From assembly GCA_002701385.1 (NCBI GenBank), contig NZVD01000060.1, positions 73,534 to 137,533 on the forward strand: a DNA stretch of 64,000 nt. Direction: 5' to 3'. The DNA comes from Rhodopirellula sp. Lineage in GTDB: Bacteria > Planctomycetota > Planctomycetia > Pirellulales > Pirellulaceae. This document shows positions 39,019 to 48,889 of this stretch, one piece after another. The notes beneath the pieces were generated by a model. That model made no database searches and was not told where the DNA came from. It was given only the letters and a program-made list of their open reading frames with translations. Numbering within the stretch: position 1 is the stretch's first letter; each line of letters begins with the position of its first letter. A program made the position numbers and the translations under genes.

Positions 39019-39972
39019 ATGATTCATCATTTAGGACACCTCGTACGACGCGGCGAAATGACGATCACCGAATCCAATCAAGTTGAAGGTTGGCTGCAGC
39101 TTTATGGACAAGAAACACTCATCCGGTATGAGTTGGAATCCAATCAAGACACACCTCTAGTAGGATGTCGAATTACTTTTGAGCCCGAACTGGTAGAGGA
39201 TGGTGAAACTGAGCTTCCGTCCGAAATTCAGGCCATTCAGTTTGGTGATCTGATTTCTCTGATGATCCGGGAGGTTGAGCCTCCTATGTTTGACCACACC
39301 AACATCGACCTTAAAGTCGATGGCACCTATCGATGCAGCCTTCAGCTCGTCTGGGAATCGCATGACGGTATTATTGATGTCGCCATTGCACCGGCTCAAA
39401 TTGATGTGCAATGGAACGATGCCGAGCTGCGGCAAAGTGATACAATCCCCGAATCAATCTTGCCGGTTAAGTACCGTGAGACGATTAATCAAAGGCTTGA
39501 ACAAATTGATAAGGCTTACAGCGAAGACAATGGCGAGTATCTGATCTCAGTCAAAATGCCTTCCGATGCTCAACTTGAAAACCTCGCCGAATTTCAAATT
39601 CAAACTATGGTCCATAAGGTTGAAGAAGGCCCCAAACACCGGATGATCGAGTTCATGAAAGAGATCAGCACTCAGGAAAAAAACATCCCAATTTGCGACC
39701 TCCTCGAACCACCGATTAAAACCCCGTTGGTCGAAGACATGAGTCGTGACCAGCTTCAGGATAAGGTGTTGGAGATTCTTGGCCGTCTAAGCGTTCTGGG
39801 TGTGGAATTCAAGCGTTGTGAACACTTTGATAATGCCAAACTCTACGATTGGCTCATTCATAAAGTCATCCCCTGGGAACGCGTGCATCCGGAATTACAA
39901 CAATTCCAAATGACGCGTTTCTTTGACACCAGCCTATGGTGCGACGACTGCGGAATTTATCAGAGCCTGTGA
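39019..39972 (+). CDS. Hypothetical cytoplasmic protein (no recognisable domain)
   Basis: 317-aa acidic ORF with no signal peptide. The C-terminus carries Cys/His residues (CEH .. CDDCG). No overlapping alternative gene. Confidence 0.5.
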   Translation: MIHHLGHLVRRGEMTITESNQVEGWLQLYGQETLIRYELESNQDTPLVGCRITFEPELVEDGETELPSEIQAIQFGDLISLMIREVEPPMFDHTNIDLKVDGTYRCSLQLVWESHDGIIDVAIAPAQIDVQWNDAELRQSDTIPESILPVKYRETINQRLEQIDKAYSEDNGEYLISVKMPSDAQLENLAEFQIQTMVHKVEEGPKHRMIEFMKEISTQEKNIPICDLLEPPIKTPLVEDMSRDQLQDKVLEILGRLSVLGVEFKRCEHFDNAKLYDWLIHKVIPWERVHPELQQFQMTRFFDTSLWCDDCGIYQSL

Positions 39973-40072
39973 TCCGACTAGTAAACTGGAAGATCAATTA
40001 CTCTGCAACTCAGGCTGGCCAATTGCCTAATTTTGTAACTGGCTAACTGACTGATTGGCTAAATGGAAACCC

Positions 40073-41083
40073 TTATTTACCCAGCACCCAGACATTACGA
40101 AATACCACTGGGTTTCCATGGCCCTGTAGATAAAGGATGCCTGGCTCTGGGCCTTCTGGGTGCTTTCCAGGTGTACCGTGAGTTAGCTCCAGATCGTCAT
40201 GGATCACAACTCCATTATGCTTGATGGTGACACGAGCGTTTTTGATTTTCTTACCAGCGTCGTCGTAACGAGCCGCCGTAAAATCAACGTCATAGGTTTG
40301 CCATACCAGCGGAGGTAAAGCCATGTTGACGATTGGTTCCGAGATAGAGTAAATCCCGCCACATTCGTTGTTCTTACCTTCTAATCCGAATGAATCAAGT
40401 ATCTGACATTCGTACCGCCCATGAACGTACATCCCGCTGTTACCGCGGCCCTGTCCACGAGCAAACGGCATAAACGGCGTTCGGAATTCGAGGTGCAGTG
40501 AATGATCCTGGAATTTCGCTTTTGACTCTACATCGTGGCGAAGCAGATTCCCCAACACAATTTGTCCTCGTGTCCAGTTCTCTGCTGACTTAGCTGTGCC
40601 ATCAAATAATACGGTAGCACCCTTTGGAGGCTTCATTCCTATGGTTTCACTCTGACGATTGACCTTTTCCAGTTTGGCGATGAGTTTATCACCTTCAGCA
40701 GCAATCAATTTGCCATCCTTGATCGTAGCAATAGCCGTTCCTTCGTCATCTTCTAATTTGAAAACAACTTGTCCCCGATCATTCAAAGCTCCTTCTACAG
40801 CTTCGGTCTTATCTCCCCGTTTCCAACCAGCTCCAGGCAATCCACCGGTAAACGACACGGCACGAAACTTACCAGAACCTAACGCAATAATCTGCAAGCC
40901 GATCTTGGTCTTTTCGCCATCCTCGATGAAGTCACCAACGTACTCACCTTGAATTTGATAATCGAGGACTTTGGCAGCTTCAGCCGGATCGATCCATTCT
41001 TTTTTTTCCTGAGCTGTAACAGTGGCGATACTACCGAACGTAAATGCCACCACAAGCGTGAGTGCTATCGATTTTCTCATCAT
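40073..41083 (-). CDS. Secreted DUF1080 (3-keto-disaccharide hydrolase-like) domain protein
   Basis: Signal peptide (ALTLVVAFTFGSIATVTAQ). C-terminal DUF1080 pattern (GNSGMYVHGRYECQILDSFG, GGIYSISEP, HNGVVIHDDLEL, VFRNVWV). Confidence 0.75.
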   Translation of the reverse strand: MMRKSIALTLVVAFTFGSIATVTAQEKKEWIDPAEAAKVLDYQIQGEYVGDFIEDGEKTKIGLQIIALGSGKFRAVSFTGGLPGAGWKRGDKTEAVEGALNDRGQVVFKLEDDEGTAIATIKDGKLIAAEGDKLIAKLEKVNRQSETIGMKPPKGATVLFDGTAKSAENWTRGQIVLGNLLRHDVESKAKFQDHSLHLEFRTPFMPFARGQGRGNSGMYVHGRYECQILDSFGLEGKNNECGGIYSISEPIVNMALPPLVWQTYDVDFTAARYDDAGKKIKNARVTIKHNGVVIHDDLELTHGTPGKHPEGPEPGILYLQGHGNPVVFRNVWVLGK

Positions 41084-41142
41084 GAGTTGCTTCCTATTTA
41101 AACTTCAATCTTCGTTCCAAGTGAACGGCGAATATCTTTGTT

Positions 41143-43431
41143 TTATTCTACTGGCTCGGGCCAGTCTAAGTGTTTGTGTAAGAATTTAAATGTCCCAACA
41201 CCATTAATAGTGTGCGGGCCGTCAAACCATTCAATCTCGGCCTTGTCTTTGAGCTTTAGTCGGCCCTGATACATAAACCGGACTTTACCAAATTCATATC
41301 CTACCCACTGATCTTCCCCAACTCCATCGAAGTGTCCTCTCTCGACCATAAATGGTCGGGGACAGATTAAATAAGCCATTTCGGCATAGTTAAATGTGCC
41401 ACCCAAATTCCACTCAAAGATCTCATACTCTCCGGTGAACATATAACTGAAGTTGTACTGAGTGGTCGCATTTTTGAGCACCCACTCATTGAAGTCGGCA
41501 GAACAAATACTTAAGCAGTAATCAGTCACCAACGGAGGAATTCGCATGGCACTCTTTCCACCATAGGATAGACCATAAAAGGCAATCCGCTTGTCATCCA
41601 CATTCGGCTGAGTTTTCAGCCAATTCACAATCTGTTGATGTTGCGGTACGATCAAAGAAAACAACGTCTTTCGTTGAGGGTAGCTCTTTCGCTGCAGCGT
41701 GCGGAAACGATCCTTAAAGATATAGAGATTCTGAGGAGCAAATGTGATGAATCCGCGTTCGGCCAACTTGGTCGCAAATGCTGAATAGTATTGGATATTT
41801 TGTTCACCAATCACATCCTGTGGCCGGCCTTCCAGTCCGTGCTGACAAACTACGACCGGACGTTGTTCACCCTCATCAATCCCTTTGGGAATTGTGATAA
41901 TCCCATAGGCGATAATGTCATCAAAGACATCCAGCACGACTTCGTATCGCGTCCAGGCATCTGTTTCTTCGATGAGACGAGACCGGGGGTTCAGCGCCTT
42001 AAAAGGCAGATCGAAGTGCCCAATAGTTTCTTCCCGGAAGTAATCTCGATAGGGTTCAATCGTCTTTTCGTATGCCTCGACACTGCTGGTATCCACGTCC
42101 TTAAAAAAGTCCTTACGGATAAAATGGCTCTCGGTCAGTAACCACTGAGTGTGGGCATTGATTTCATGAGCCTGTTGCGATTCCCGTGCTTGAACATCCG
42201 TTAGCTCACGACACAATTTCGGAGCCGAACCAACGGCTGCTATTTTGGAATTTGGGAGTACTGCTGCCGCCACAGACTGAAGTGCCTTTTCAGATGCGAA
42301 GACGCCGTAGCCATCCCCACTAACGATCAGTGAAAGTGCATCTAACTGCTCGTTACCGATTAGTTTCTTCGCACGGGCGACTTCACTACTAACCACCTTC
42401 GGGTCTGGTGTATCAAGGCTGGCAGGAGCGCCTCCTTCACTTGGCAATTCAAATTCCGGACCCTTTGCGGCTTCAATGACCAATGATCTGGGAGCAATCA
42501 GACTAGCTAACTCCGCGTCGCCAAACTGATCTAGCAACCCATACACGTTGCGGCTCACCGGTTCTGACCACATGTCCTGCCGCGAGTCAAAATACCCACT
42601 CACTAACGTGGCATCGATCCGAGTATCTAGTGCGGCACTATACAAGGCAAGCAAACCACCTTCACCATATCCAACCACACCGATCTGTACATCGCTGTCA
42701 TTACGGGACTCACACCAATCCACCACCGCCAGTACCTTTTGAATTTCAAACCCGATGAGGTGGCGGCCTAGTTCATAACTACTGCGATAAAGGAATTCGC
42801 GTGTCGTCATCTTGGCTCGATTGTTACGTGATTCATACTGCCTACTAATCACAGCCGGCACGATCACCGTAAAACCACTTTCAGCGAGTCGTTTCGCATA
42901 CTGCTGATCGGCAGGTAACCCATCGGCCAGTCCACTTATCATCTCTGGAGTCTGATCTGCGTCCGGAATGGCAATAAAATATGCGCCGTTGGGCTTGTTC
43001 GGTTTAAGTAACAACCCCACCCCTGAAATATCTCTTACCGACGGCCACCGTACATTAAAGGCCAGAAACGATTCCCCCTTGGCAACTTCCACCGGGCCAC
43101 CTGTTCCGGCCACAATCTGGAGATCACCAAAGGTTTTACGCTTATCCACCACTCCGGTAATCTCGGCCAGACGTGCACGACTGTTTGCTACAGAGGCCTC
43201 GTAGGCAGCAGCTGAACTGGAGTCACGATTCCAATACCGTTCCCGCGCAGTAATTGTATTGTCGAGTTGTCGCAGTAGAAATTTATCAGCACCCGTAACA
43301 ATCTGGGATGCAATGTCGCCTTCGAGCGTCAGTGGTTTCGTATTCTCAAGCGGCTGAGCCTGAATAGTCTGGGTGAGTAAACAAAGAGCAATGAGGCACA
43401 GTGTGAAATTACGAGACATCTTTGGGGACAC
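41143..43431 (-). CDS. Secreted tandem alpha/beta-hydrolase-fold protein (N-terminal domain lacks the nucleophile, C-terminal domain intact)
   Basis: 762 aa with a signal peptide. The N-terminal domain elbow reads GYGEGG (Gly at the nucleophile position). The C-terminal domain elbow is GLSYGG. Both domains end with an IAPR/ICPRP segment, as does the 29951-31057 product. Confidence 0.65.
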   Translation of the reverse strand: MSPKMSRNFTLCLIALCLLTQTIQAQPLENTKPLTLEGDIASQIVTGADKFLLRQLDNTITARERYWNRDSSSAAAYEASVANSRARLAEITGVVDKRKTFGDLQIVAGTGGPVEVAKGESFLAFNVRWPSVRDISGVGLLLKPNKPNGAYFIAIPDADQTPEMISGLADGLPADQQYAKRLAESGFTVIVPAVISRQYESRNNRAKMTTREFLYRSSYELGRHLIGFEIQKVLAVVDWCESRNDSDVQIGVVGYGEGGLLALYSAALDTRIDATLVSGYFDSRQDMWSEPVSRNVYGLLDQFGDAELASLIAPRSLVIEAAKGPEFELPSEGGAPASLDTPDPKVVSSEVARAKKLIGNEQLDALSLIVSGDGYGVFASEKALQSVAAAVLPNSKIAAVGSAPKLCRELTDVQARESQQAHEINAHTQWLLTESHFIRKDFFKDVDTSSVEAYEKTIEPYRDYFREETIGHFDLPFKALNPRSRLIEETDAWTRYEVVLDVFDDIIAYGIITIPKGIDEGEQRPVVVCQHGLEGRPQDVIGEQNIQYYSAFATKLAERGFITFAPQNLYIFKDRFRTLQRKSYPQRKTLFSLIVPQHQQIVNWLKTQPNVDDKRIAFYGLSYGGKSAMRIPPLVTDYCLSICSADFNEWVLKNATTQYNFSYMFTGEYEIFEWNLGGTFNYAEMAYLICPRPFMVERGHFDGVGEDQWVGYEFGKVRFMYQGRLKLKDKAEIEWFDGPHTINGVGTFKFLHKHLDWPEPVE

Positions 43432-43498
43432 CTTAGCGGAGTAGTAGGAAGAAGCTAACGAAATTGATTCTACGGCCTATCCTGAAAGCAATCAAAAG

Positions 43499-44422
43499 CT
43501 ACACATGGTCAACATGACGAAAATAAGCGAGCTCGCGTTGCTGTTCCGTCGTTAGCTGTTTCTCAGTCAACGACTTCCACATCGTAATTTCCATCTGACG
43601 GTCATTGATCTCGAGCCAAGGTTGTTCAGTTGAGATGGGGGGAAACCAGCCATGAACCTCGCCGATTCCCTGACTTTCAGCATACAAGCTCACAGAACCG
43701 GCGACTCGACGTAGCTGTTCAGGGGTATGTGAGACTACAGCGAAATCTTCCAAGCAGGCTAAGTCATCCTTACAACGCAGATGCAGATAACCACAACACT
43801 CACCTTGTTCGATGAGCCACAAGTAAGTGTCCTGTCGATGTTTCTGAGCGAGAAAATTCCAATAGTCCAAAGTACGAAACAAGGAGCAGGTCCGATCTTG
43901 TTGATTCACGTCATAAAAATGCTGCATCTTCTCTACGGCATCTGCTGGATTGAATAGCTCAACTTCAAAGCCTGCTGTCGCTCCAGGTTTAATGCAAACA
44001 TTCGGGGCGTCATTCACCACATACCCCAGACGGGCATAGTACTGAGGATCAATATCTGAAAATAGAAAGCTCCATCGGACATCCTCCTGAGCCTGATCCT
44101 GCTCTGCAAAATAAAGAAGCTCAGCGGCGAATCCACGTCGCCGGAAATCTGGGTGTGTGTGCACGGCACCGATGAACATCGTCTTTTCAAGTGTGCCATC
44201 CAGCGACAAACTCATTGGAAAGACACCCAATGAAGCAGCAACCTGCCCTTCCAATACACCGACATACCATGTCGCCCGTAGATGATGAAGCGACTTCAAT
44301 CGCCATTGAACATACTTGTCTAAGGGTAAGTCGTTACCCCAGAATTCATAGACATTGGTAAATGCGGCTCGCCTTTCATCTAGGCTCGCCCGGTGGCAAT
44401 CTAACTTTGGTAGCGTCATCAA
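43499..44422 (-). CDS. GNAT-family acetyltransferase (two-domain, Eis-like layout)
   Basis: 307 aa. Motif-A-like HPDFRRRGFAAELL in the N-terminal half. No signal peptide. Confidence 0.55.
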   Translation of the reverse strand: MMTLPKLDCHRASLDERRAAFTNVYEFWGNDLPLDKYVQWRLKSLHHLRATWYVGVLEGQVAASLGVFPMSLSLDGTLEKTMFIGAVHTHPDFRRRGFAAELLYFAEQDQAQEDVRWSFLFSDIDPQYYARLGYVVNDAPNVCIKPGATAGFEVELFNPADAVEKMQHFYDVNQQDRTCSLFRTLDYWNFLAQKHRQDTYLWLIEQGECCGYLHLRCKDDLACLEDFAVVSHTPEQLRRVAGSVSLYAESQGIGEVHGWFPPISTEQPWLEINDRQMEITMWKSLTEKQLTTEQQRELAYFRHVDHV

Positions 44423-44473
44423 AAGCGTTACTACTTCCTTAATCTATTGCCCGGTTTCTCCATTCGAAGTTTC

Positions 44474-47400
44474 TTATTTCCAGACTTCATTGAAAAACCC
44501 AGTGTCGACAATACGCCCCGGTACAAGGTCGGTCGGTGGACTTGAGAGATCGATCACCGACCAATCCGGTAATTTAGGATTCTGTAGTGAATTAGTCCGA
44601 TCATGCCCTTCACGATGAGTTGGCCCACTATTCAGGACGATATACTTCTGTTGATTGAGGGGGTTCGGGTAAATCATGACAGGCACGTGGGAATCTGACT
44701 CATACGTCTTACCGTTTACGACGAGTGTCTCCTGATTCCATTGGATTGGCAACGACTCTTTCTTTTGCATGACTAACTGTAGCAGCGTGTTTGACCGTGT
44801 GTCGCCAAAGACTATGAGATTATTTGTTCGTACATCTTCCTGAGAAACATCTTTATCCCATTTCACCTTAGGCACACCGCGATAGAGTGTTTTCCAGCGA
44901 TGTAAAAAGTGCTCCAGCTCGAAGTGCACCCAGCGTTCAACGTTGGGATTGGCTGATTTTTTGCTTGGCAAGACAACCAAAAAGGATGAAAGAAATGCGT
45001 CGTCGATGGGGCCTTGCAGGCCTGGGCGTTTCACTAAGCCTTTGGGTCCGGAGGCAGCACGCTTCCATGCTTCATCCTGACCCGACCCTTTGGTTAGATA
45101 AACTGCTTCAGAAATCTGCAATGCTTTGGTACGTGGAATCTGAATGACCTGATCATCAATTTTTATTGTTGCTCCATTTAAAGATAATACCGGATCCAAC
45201 GTCAACGCAGTCACATTCCGAGTTGTGAGATGATAGGTCTGAGGGTCGACAATCTCTGCATCGACTCGGCTGTCCTGCCAGTGCTTGGCCAATCCTGTAA
45301 CTTCCAACCAGTGCATGCGGTTATAACGCAATGTCTGAGTCTGCAATGTCACCTTTTTGGGGATCTCTGACTGCCCCTGCTGGACGGCCTCATCCATTTG
45401 CTTGAGAATCTGAGCCAAGGAATCGGGGTGATACCGATGTCCCATCCCCGGACCGATAACATGAGGTAACTTGGATCCTTCCGCTTCAAAGGCTCGTTCC
45501 ATCACTCGAGCTGCTTGAATTTGCTTATCGAGTTCACCGCTATAAGCAACCACTGGCAAATTAAACAAGTTGCGGACATAGTTGGGCACATCATACATAC
45601 CCCATAATGTCTGAACATATTTCGCCGGATAGTTTTCCGGTTGCATGCGGTTGTACTCTTTCGTTTCGGCAAACCCGGCCCCAGGCCCCACGGCGACCCA
45701 ATGATCTGCATAATGAGCCCCAACATGCCAGGCGCCAGCACCGCCCATTGAGAATCCCATCAAGACAACGCGACGAGGATCAATGTTGTACTGTTGGCTT
45801 ACGTGTTGAACACACTCCAGTACATCGATCTCTCCTGCAGACTTAAAGCCCATACAATGGCGACCAAATGGATGGACCACTATCGCGTCCGCCGGAGCAA
45901 CCTGACTTTTCCGAGTCATGCGTTGATGGATGAAATGCATGTCCGTCGTCTTATCTCCACGGCCATGTAGCCAGACATACAATGGTGCCGGCTTTTCAAA
46001 ATCAAAGTTCTCGGGAATTTCCAAACCATAAGGCTGGGGACTGCCATCTATGCTGGAGTAATAGCCTCGAACGACCAGACCGGTCGAGCGTGTCCAGTCG
46101 TTTTTCCCAGCTGCCAACAACGCCACTCGACGCTCTGCCTCGCCTAGAACAGACTTGGCGATATCGACATGACTTGATGAGTAAAACTCGCCTAAATCTA
46201 CTGCCCACTGAACACCTTTGACCAGAGCAGAAACATCGGCTGATAATGCACCACGGGCCTGAGGTAATTCCATAGCAATCTGAAGTGCTTGGAGGCGGTG
46301 GCCGAGAGCATCCAGTTTGCCCTTCTCTATCTCAACTCCCTGTGGCGGAATCTTATGTGGTATTTTTTCCAGCGTTGGCAGTCCGGAACGATCCAGTGTA
46401 CTGATTGGCTTACCTAAGTGAGTACCTAAACGACGATGAAAGCGATCCGGCGTTAGTGGAACTGGAATCTTATCCTGAGTACTAACGATCCACTCATCCA
46501 AAGCCCCACTCAGTCTGGATTTGACTTCTGCTAATCCGGAATCGGCTGCGAGGTTTCGCAAGGAGTGAGGGTCGGCATGTAGATCGTACAATTCTTCGGC
46601 TGCTCGCGGATAGAGAAAGCACTGGCGTTGATGGTCAGGCAACATACCTGCTGCCTCTAACGCCTGCATGCTGTCATAACTGAGGCTCCTGACAGCGTCG
46701 GCAGGCGGAGTTGCGGGATACTCCGGAAATGAGTTCCTAATATACAGATAACGACCATCTCGAACGGCTCGGTCATGAGCGGCATAATCATGCCAGTTAT
46801 GCTCAGCAAAGATGTATTCTCGACTGACAGAAGATGCATTCCGAAGACCGTTGGCGAAAGATTTTCCCTGGAAAGAGGATGGCAGCTCCAGGCCTGCAAG
46901 CTGAATGAATGTCGGAGCGATATCCACGCTGCTAACTAAGTTAGTATTGACGACGCCCGGGTCAATTCCACGGGGCCAACTTACAACAAACGGAGTGCGA
47001 ATGCCGCTGTCATACATAGTTGTCTTACATCGCGGGAATGGACGGCCGTTGTCAGCCATCACAATAATGACCGTATTGTCGAACTCTCCCTGCGTCTTGA
47101 GTTCAGCTACGACCTTTCCGACATACTCGTCCATTCTGCTGACTTCATCGTAGTACAACGCCAGATCTTTGCGGACATCTTCAGTATCCGGCATGAATGG
47201 AGGAACGATCACATCCTCGTTTGTGTGAGGAGGAGTGACGGCATCTTTTGACCAGCTACGATGAGCGTCGGTTGATGCGAACCACATAAAAAACGGCTTG
47301 TCTTTATCACGGCCTTTTAGCGTAGGCACCCATTCTTCACAGCCACTGGGGCGTCCACCTTTGATCGAATCGAAGTGTTCTCGCGGCGCATTGCCAAGAT

Positions 47401-47797
47401 GCCATTTACCCGCCGCTGCCGTATAGTAACCAGCCTCTTTCAGCACTTTGGCAAATGTGATCTGATCTTCCGGAAGCGGCTGATGTAATTCTCCCGCCCC
47501 AGTCGAATGAGGATAGCGGCCGGTCATAATACTACAGCGACTGGGGCTACAGGAACTGGTCGTCAGAAACGCGAGATCAAACCGCATCCCCTGCTTAGCC
47601 AGTTGGTCAACATGCGGCGTTCGGATATTGGGATGACCATAGGCTCCGTAGTCATTCCAACTGATATCATCGCCAATAATGACAATGAAATTCGGACGCT
47701 CATCTGCCACCAAACGGCCTGATAAAAGACAGGGAAGCAAAAGGATTAATCGCGATACAATTACCTGAAACTTGAGTTGATTCTTGGGTTGAAACAT
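44474..47797 (-). CDS. Type I sulfatase fused to a C-terminal alpha/beta-hydrolase (esterase/peptidase-like) domain
   Basis: 1107 aa with a signal peptide. The sulfatase part has IIGDDISWNDYG, a canonical CSPSRCSIMTGRYP, GKWHLG and MADNGRP. The C-terminal part has WLHGRGD, the elbow GFSMGGAG, SGELD and GMGHRY (a candidate Ser-Asp-His triad). Confidence 0.8.
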   Translation of the reverse strand: MFQPKNQLKFQVIVSRLILLLPCLLSGRLVADERPNFIVIIGDDISWNDYGAYGHPNIRTPHVDQLAKQGMRFDLAFLTTSSCSPSRCSIMTGRYPHSTGAGELHQPLPEDQITFAKVLKEAGYYTAAAGKWHLGNAPREHFDSIKGGRPSGCEEWVPTLKGRDKDKPFFMWFASTDAHRSWSKDAVTPPHTNEDVIVPPFMPDTEDVRKDLALYYDEVSRMDEYVGKVVAELKTQGEFDNTVIIVMADNGRPFPRCKTTMYDSGIRTPFVVSWPRGIDPGVVNTNLVSSVDIAPTFIQLAGLELPSSFQGKSFANGLRNASSVSREYIFAEHNWHDYAAHDRAVRDGRYLYIRNSFPEYPATPPADAVRSLSYDSMQALEAAGMLPDHQRQCFLYPRAAEELYDLHADPHSLRNLAADSGLAEVKSRLSGALDEWIVSTQDKIPVPLTPDRFHRRLGTHLGKPISTLDRSGLPTLEKIPHKIPPQGVEIEKGKLDALGHRLQALQIAMELPQARGALSADVSALVKGVQWAVDLGEFYSSSHVDIAKSVLGEAERRVALLAAGKNDWTRSTGLVVRGYYSSIDGSPQPYGLEIPENFDFEKPAPLYVWLHGRGDKTTDMHFIHQRMTRKSQVAPADAIVVHPFGRHCMGFKSAGEIDVLECVQHVSQQYNIDPRRVVLMGFSMGGAGAWHVGAHYADHWVAVGPGAGFAETKEYNRMQPENYPAKYVQTLWGMYDVPNYVRNLFNLPVVAYSGELDKQIQAARVMERAFEAEGSKLPHVIGPGMGHRYHPDSLAQILKQMDEAVQQGQSEIPKKVTLQTQTLRYNRMHWLEVTGLAKHWQDSRVDAEIVDPQTYHLTTRNVTALTLDPVLSLNGATIKIDDQVIQIPRTKALQISEAVYLTKGSGQDEAWKRAASGPKGLVKRPGLQGPIDDAFLSSFLVVLPSKKSANPNVERWVHFELEHFLHRWKTLYRGVPKVKWDKDVSQEDVRTNNLIVFGDTRSNTLLQLVMQKKESLPIQWNQETLVVNGKTYESDSHVPVMIYPNPLNQQKYIVLNSGPTHREGHDRTNSLQNPKLPDWSVIDLSSPPTDLVPGRIVDTGFFNEVWK

Positions 47798-47927
47798 GGG
47801 ATCAAGACCTGCTGTGGATTTTCTGTTGGTTCGTTCTGTCAGTATACTTCACATCTCTCCACGCCTGTGGATTCAACTGATAAAATGAAATTGAACCTAT
47901 TGCCCTAAACCTATCTGGAGCAAAAAC

Positions 47928-48869
47928 ATGAGCCCACTTCCACGTGTGATTACAGACGATGTCCTTTCCGACAACCTCATCGAGTTATTGGCTGGCAAAA
48001 TCGAACGTCTCCCCTGGGCAACTTTAGATGGCGAATCAGATACCGCAGTGGATGGAGTGCTCACTTTTGGTCACATGCTGGTGACGGCAGAGCATATGGC
48101 AAAATTCCCTAATCTAAAAGTCGTTAGCAATTATGGCGTGGGTGTTGATCACATTGATGTCGCAGCGGCTCACGAGCTGAACATTCCGGTAGGTAATACT
48201 CCACACGTACTCAATGGCACGACCGCTGATCAGGCCATGACTTTACTACTGGCCGCAGGAAGACGATTACGCGAAGGGGACATCTATGCCCGCAGCCCGG
48301 AATTCACCTACTTCGACCCTGCGTATATGCTGGGAACAGAAGTGCACCATCAAACGGTTGGAATTATCGGATTAGGTGGAATCGGCTACCAAATCGCTCG
48401 GCGATGCGCGGCGTTCGATATGAAAATCCTTTACCACAAACGCACGGAGCTGAAGGATAACCCAAGTAATTTAGAGCTGACTTATGTCTCATTGGACGAG
48501 CTCCTCGAACAATCGGACTATGTCGTTACGATTTGTCCGTTGACTGAAGAAACGACGGGGCTTATCAGCACTAAAGAATTTGCCAAGATGAAGAATTCTG
48601 CTGTGCTCGTAAACGTCGCTCGGGGGCCGGTTGTCGATACGGCCGCTCTTACCACGGCTCTACAGGAAGGGCAGATCTATGCTGCCGGTCTGGACGTCAC
48701 CGATCCCGAACCTTTACCGCGTGACCATCCCTTGCTTGCCTTGAACAACGTCACTATCGCTCCGCACCTCGGCAGTGCGACTATACAAACGCGGCGAAAA
48801 ATGGCTGAAATCAGTGTCGACAACTTGCTGCTCGGCCTTCGTGGTGAATCATTACTACATTCGGTTTAA
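47928..48869 (+). CDS. D-isomer-specific 2-hydroxyacid dehydrogenase (glyoxylate/hydroxypyruvate reductase-like)
   Basis: NAD-binding motif GIIGLGGIGYQIARR. Catalytic contexts VNVARGPVVD and APHLGSAT. Confidence 0.85.
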   Translation: MSPLPRVITDDVLSDNLIELLAGKIERLPWATLDGESDTAVDGVLTFGHMLVTAEHMAKFPNLKVVSNYGVGVDHIDVAAAHELNIPVGNTPHVLNGTTADQAMTLLLAAGRRLREGDIYARSPEFTYFDPAYMLGTEVHHQTVGIIGLGGIGYQIARRCAAFDMKILYHKRTELKDNPSNLELTYVSLDELLEQSDYVVTICPLTEETTGLISTKEFAKMKNSAVLVNVARGPVVDTAALTTALQEGQIYAAGLDVTDPEPLPRDHPLLALNNVTIAPHLGSATIQTRRKMAEISVDNLLLGLRGESLLHSV

Positions 48870-48889
48870 GAATTTCTACAGAAGAGAAA

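Noticed and set aside
47812-47873. 9-nt direct repeat ctgtggatt (47812-47820 and 47865-47873) in the divergent promoter region between the sulfatase-fusion gene and the 2-hydroxyacid dehydrogenase gene.
   Set aside because: It is nominally unlikely in 130 bp (about 0.03) but not after scanning about 20 intergenic regions. It may be an operator but cannot be supported without comparative data.
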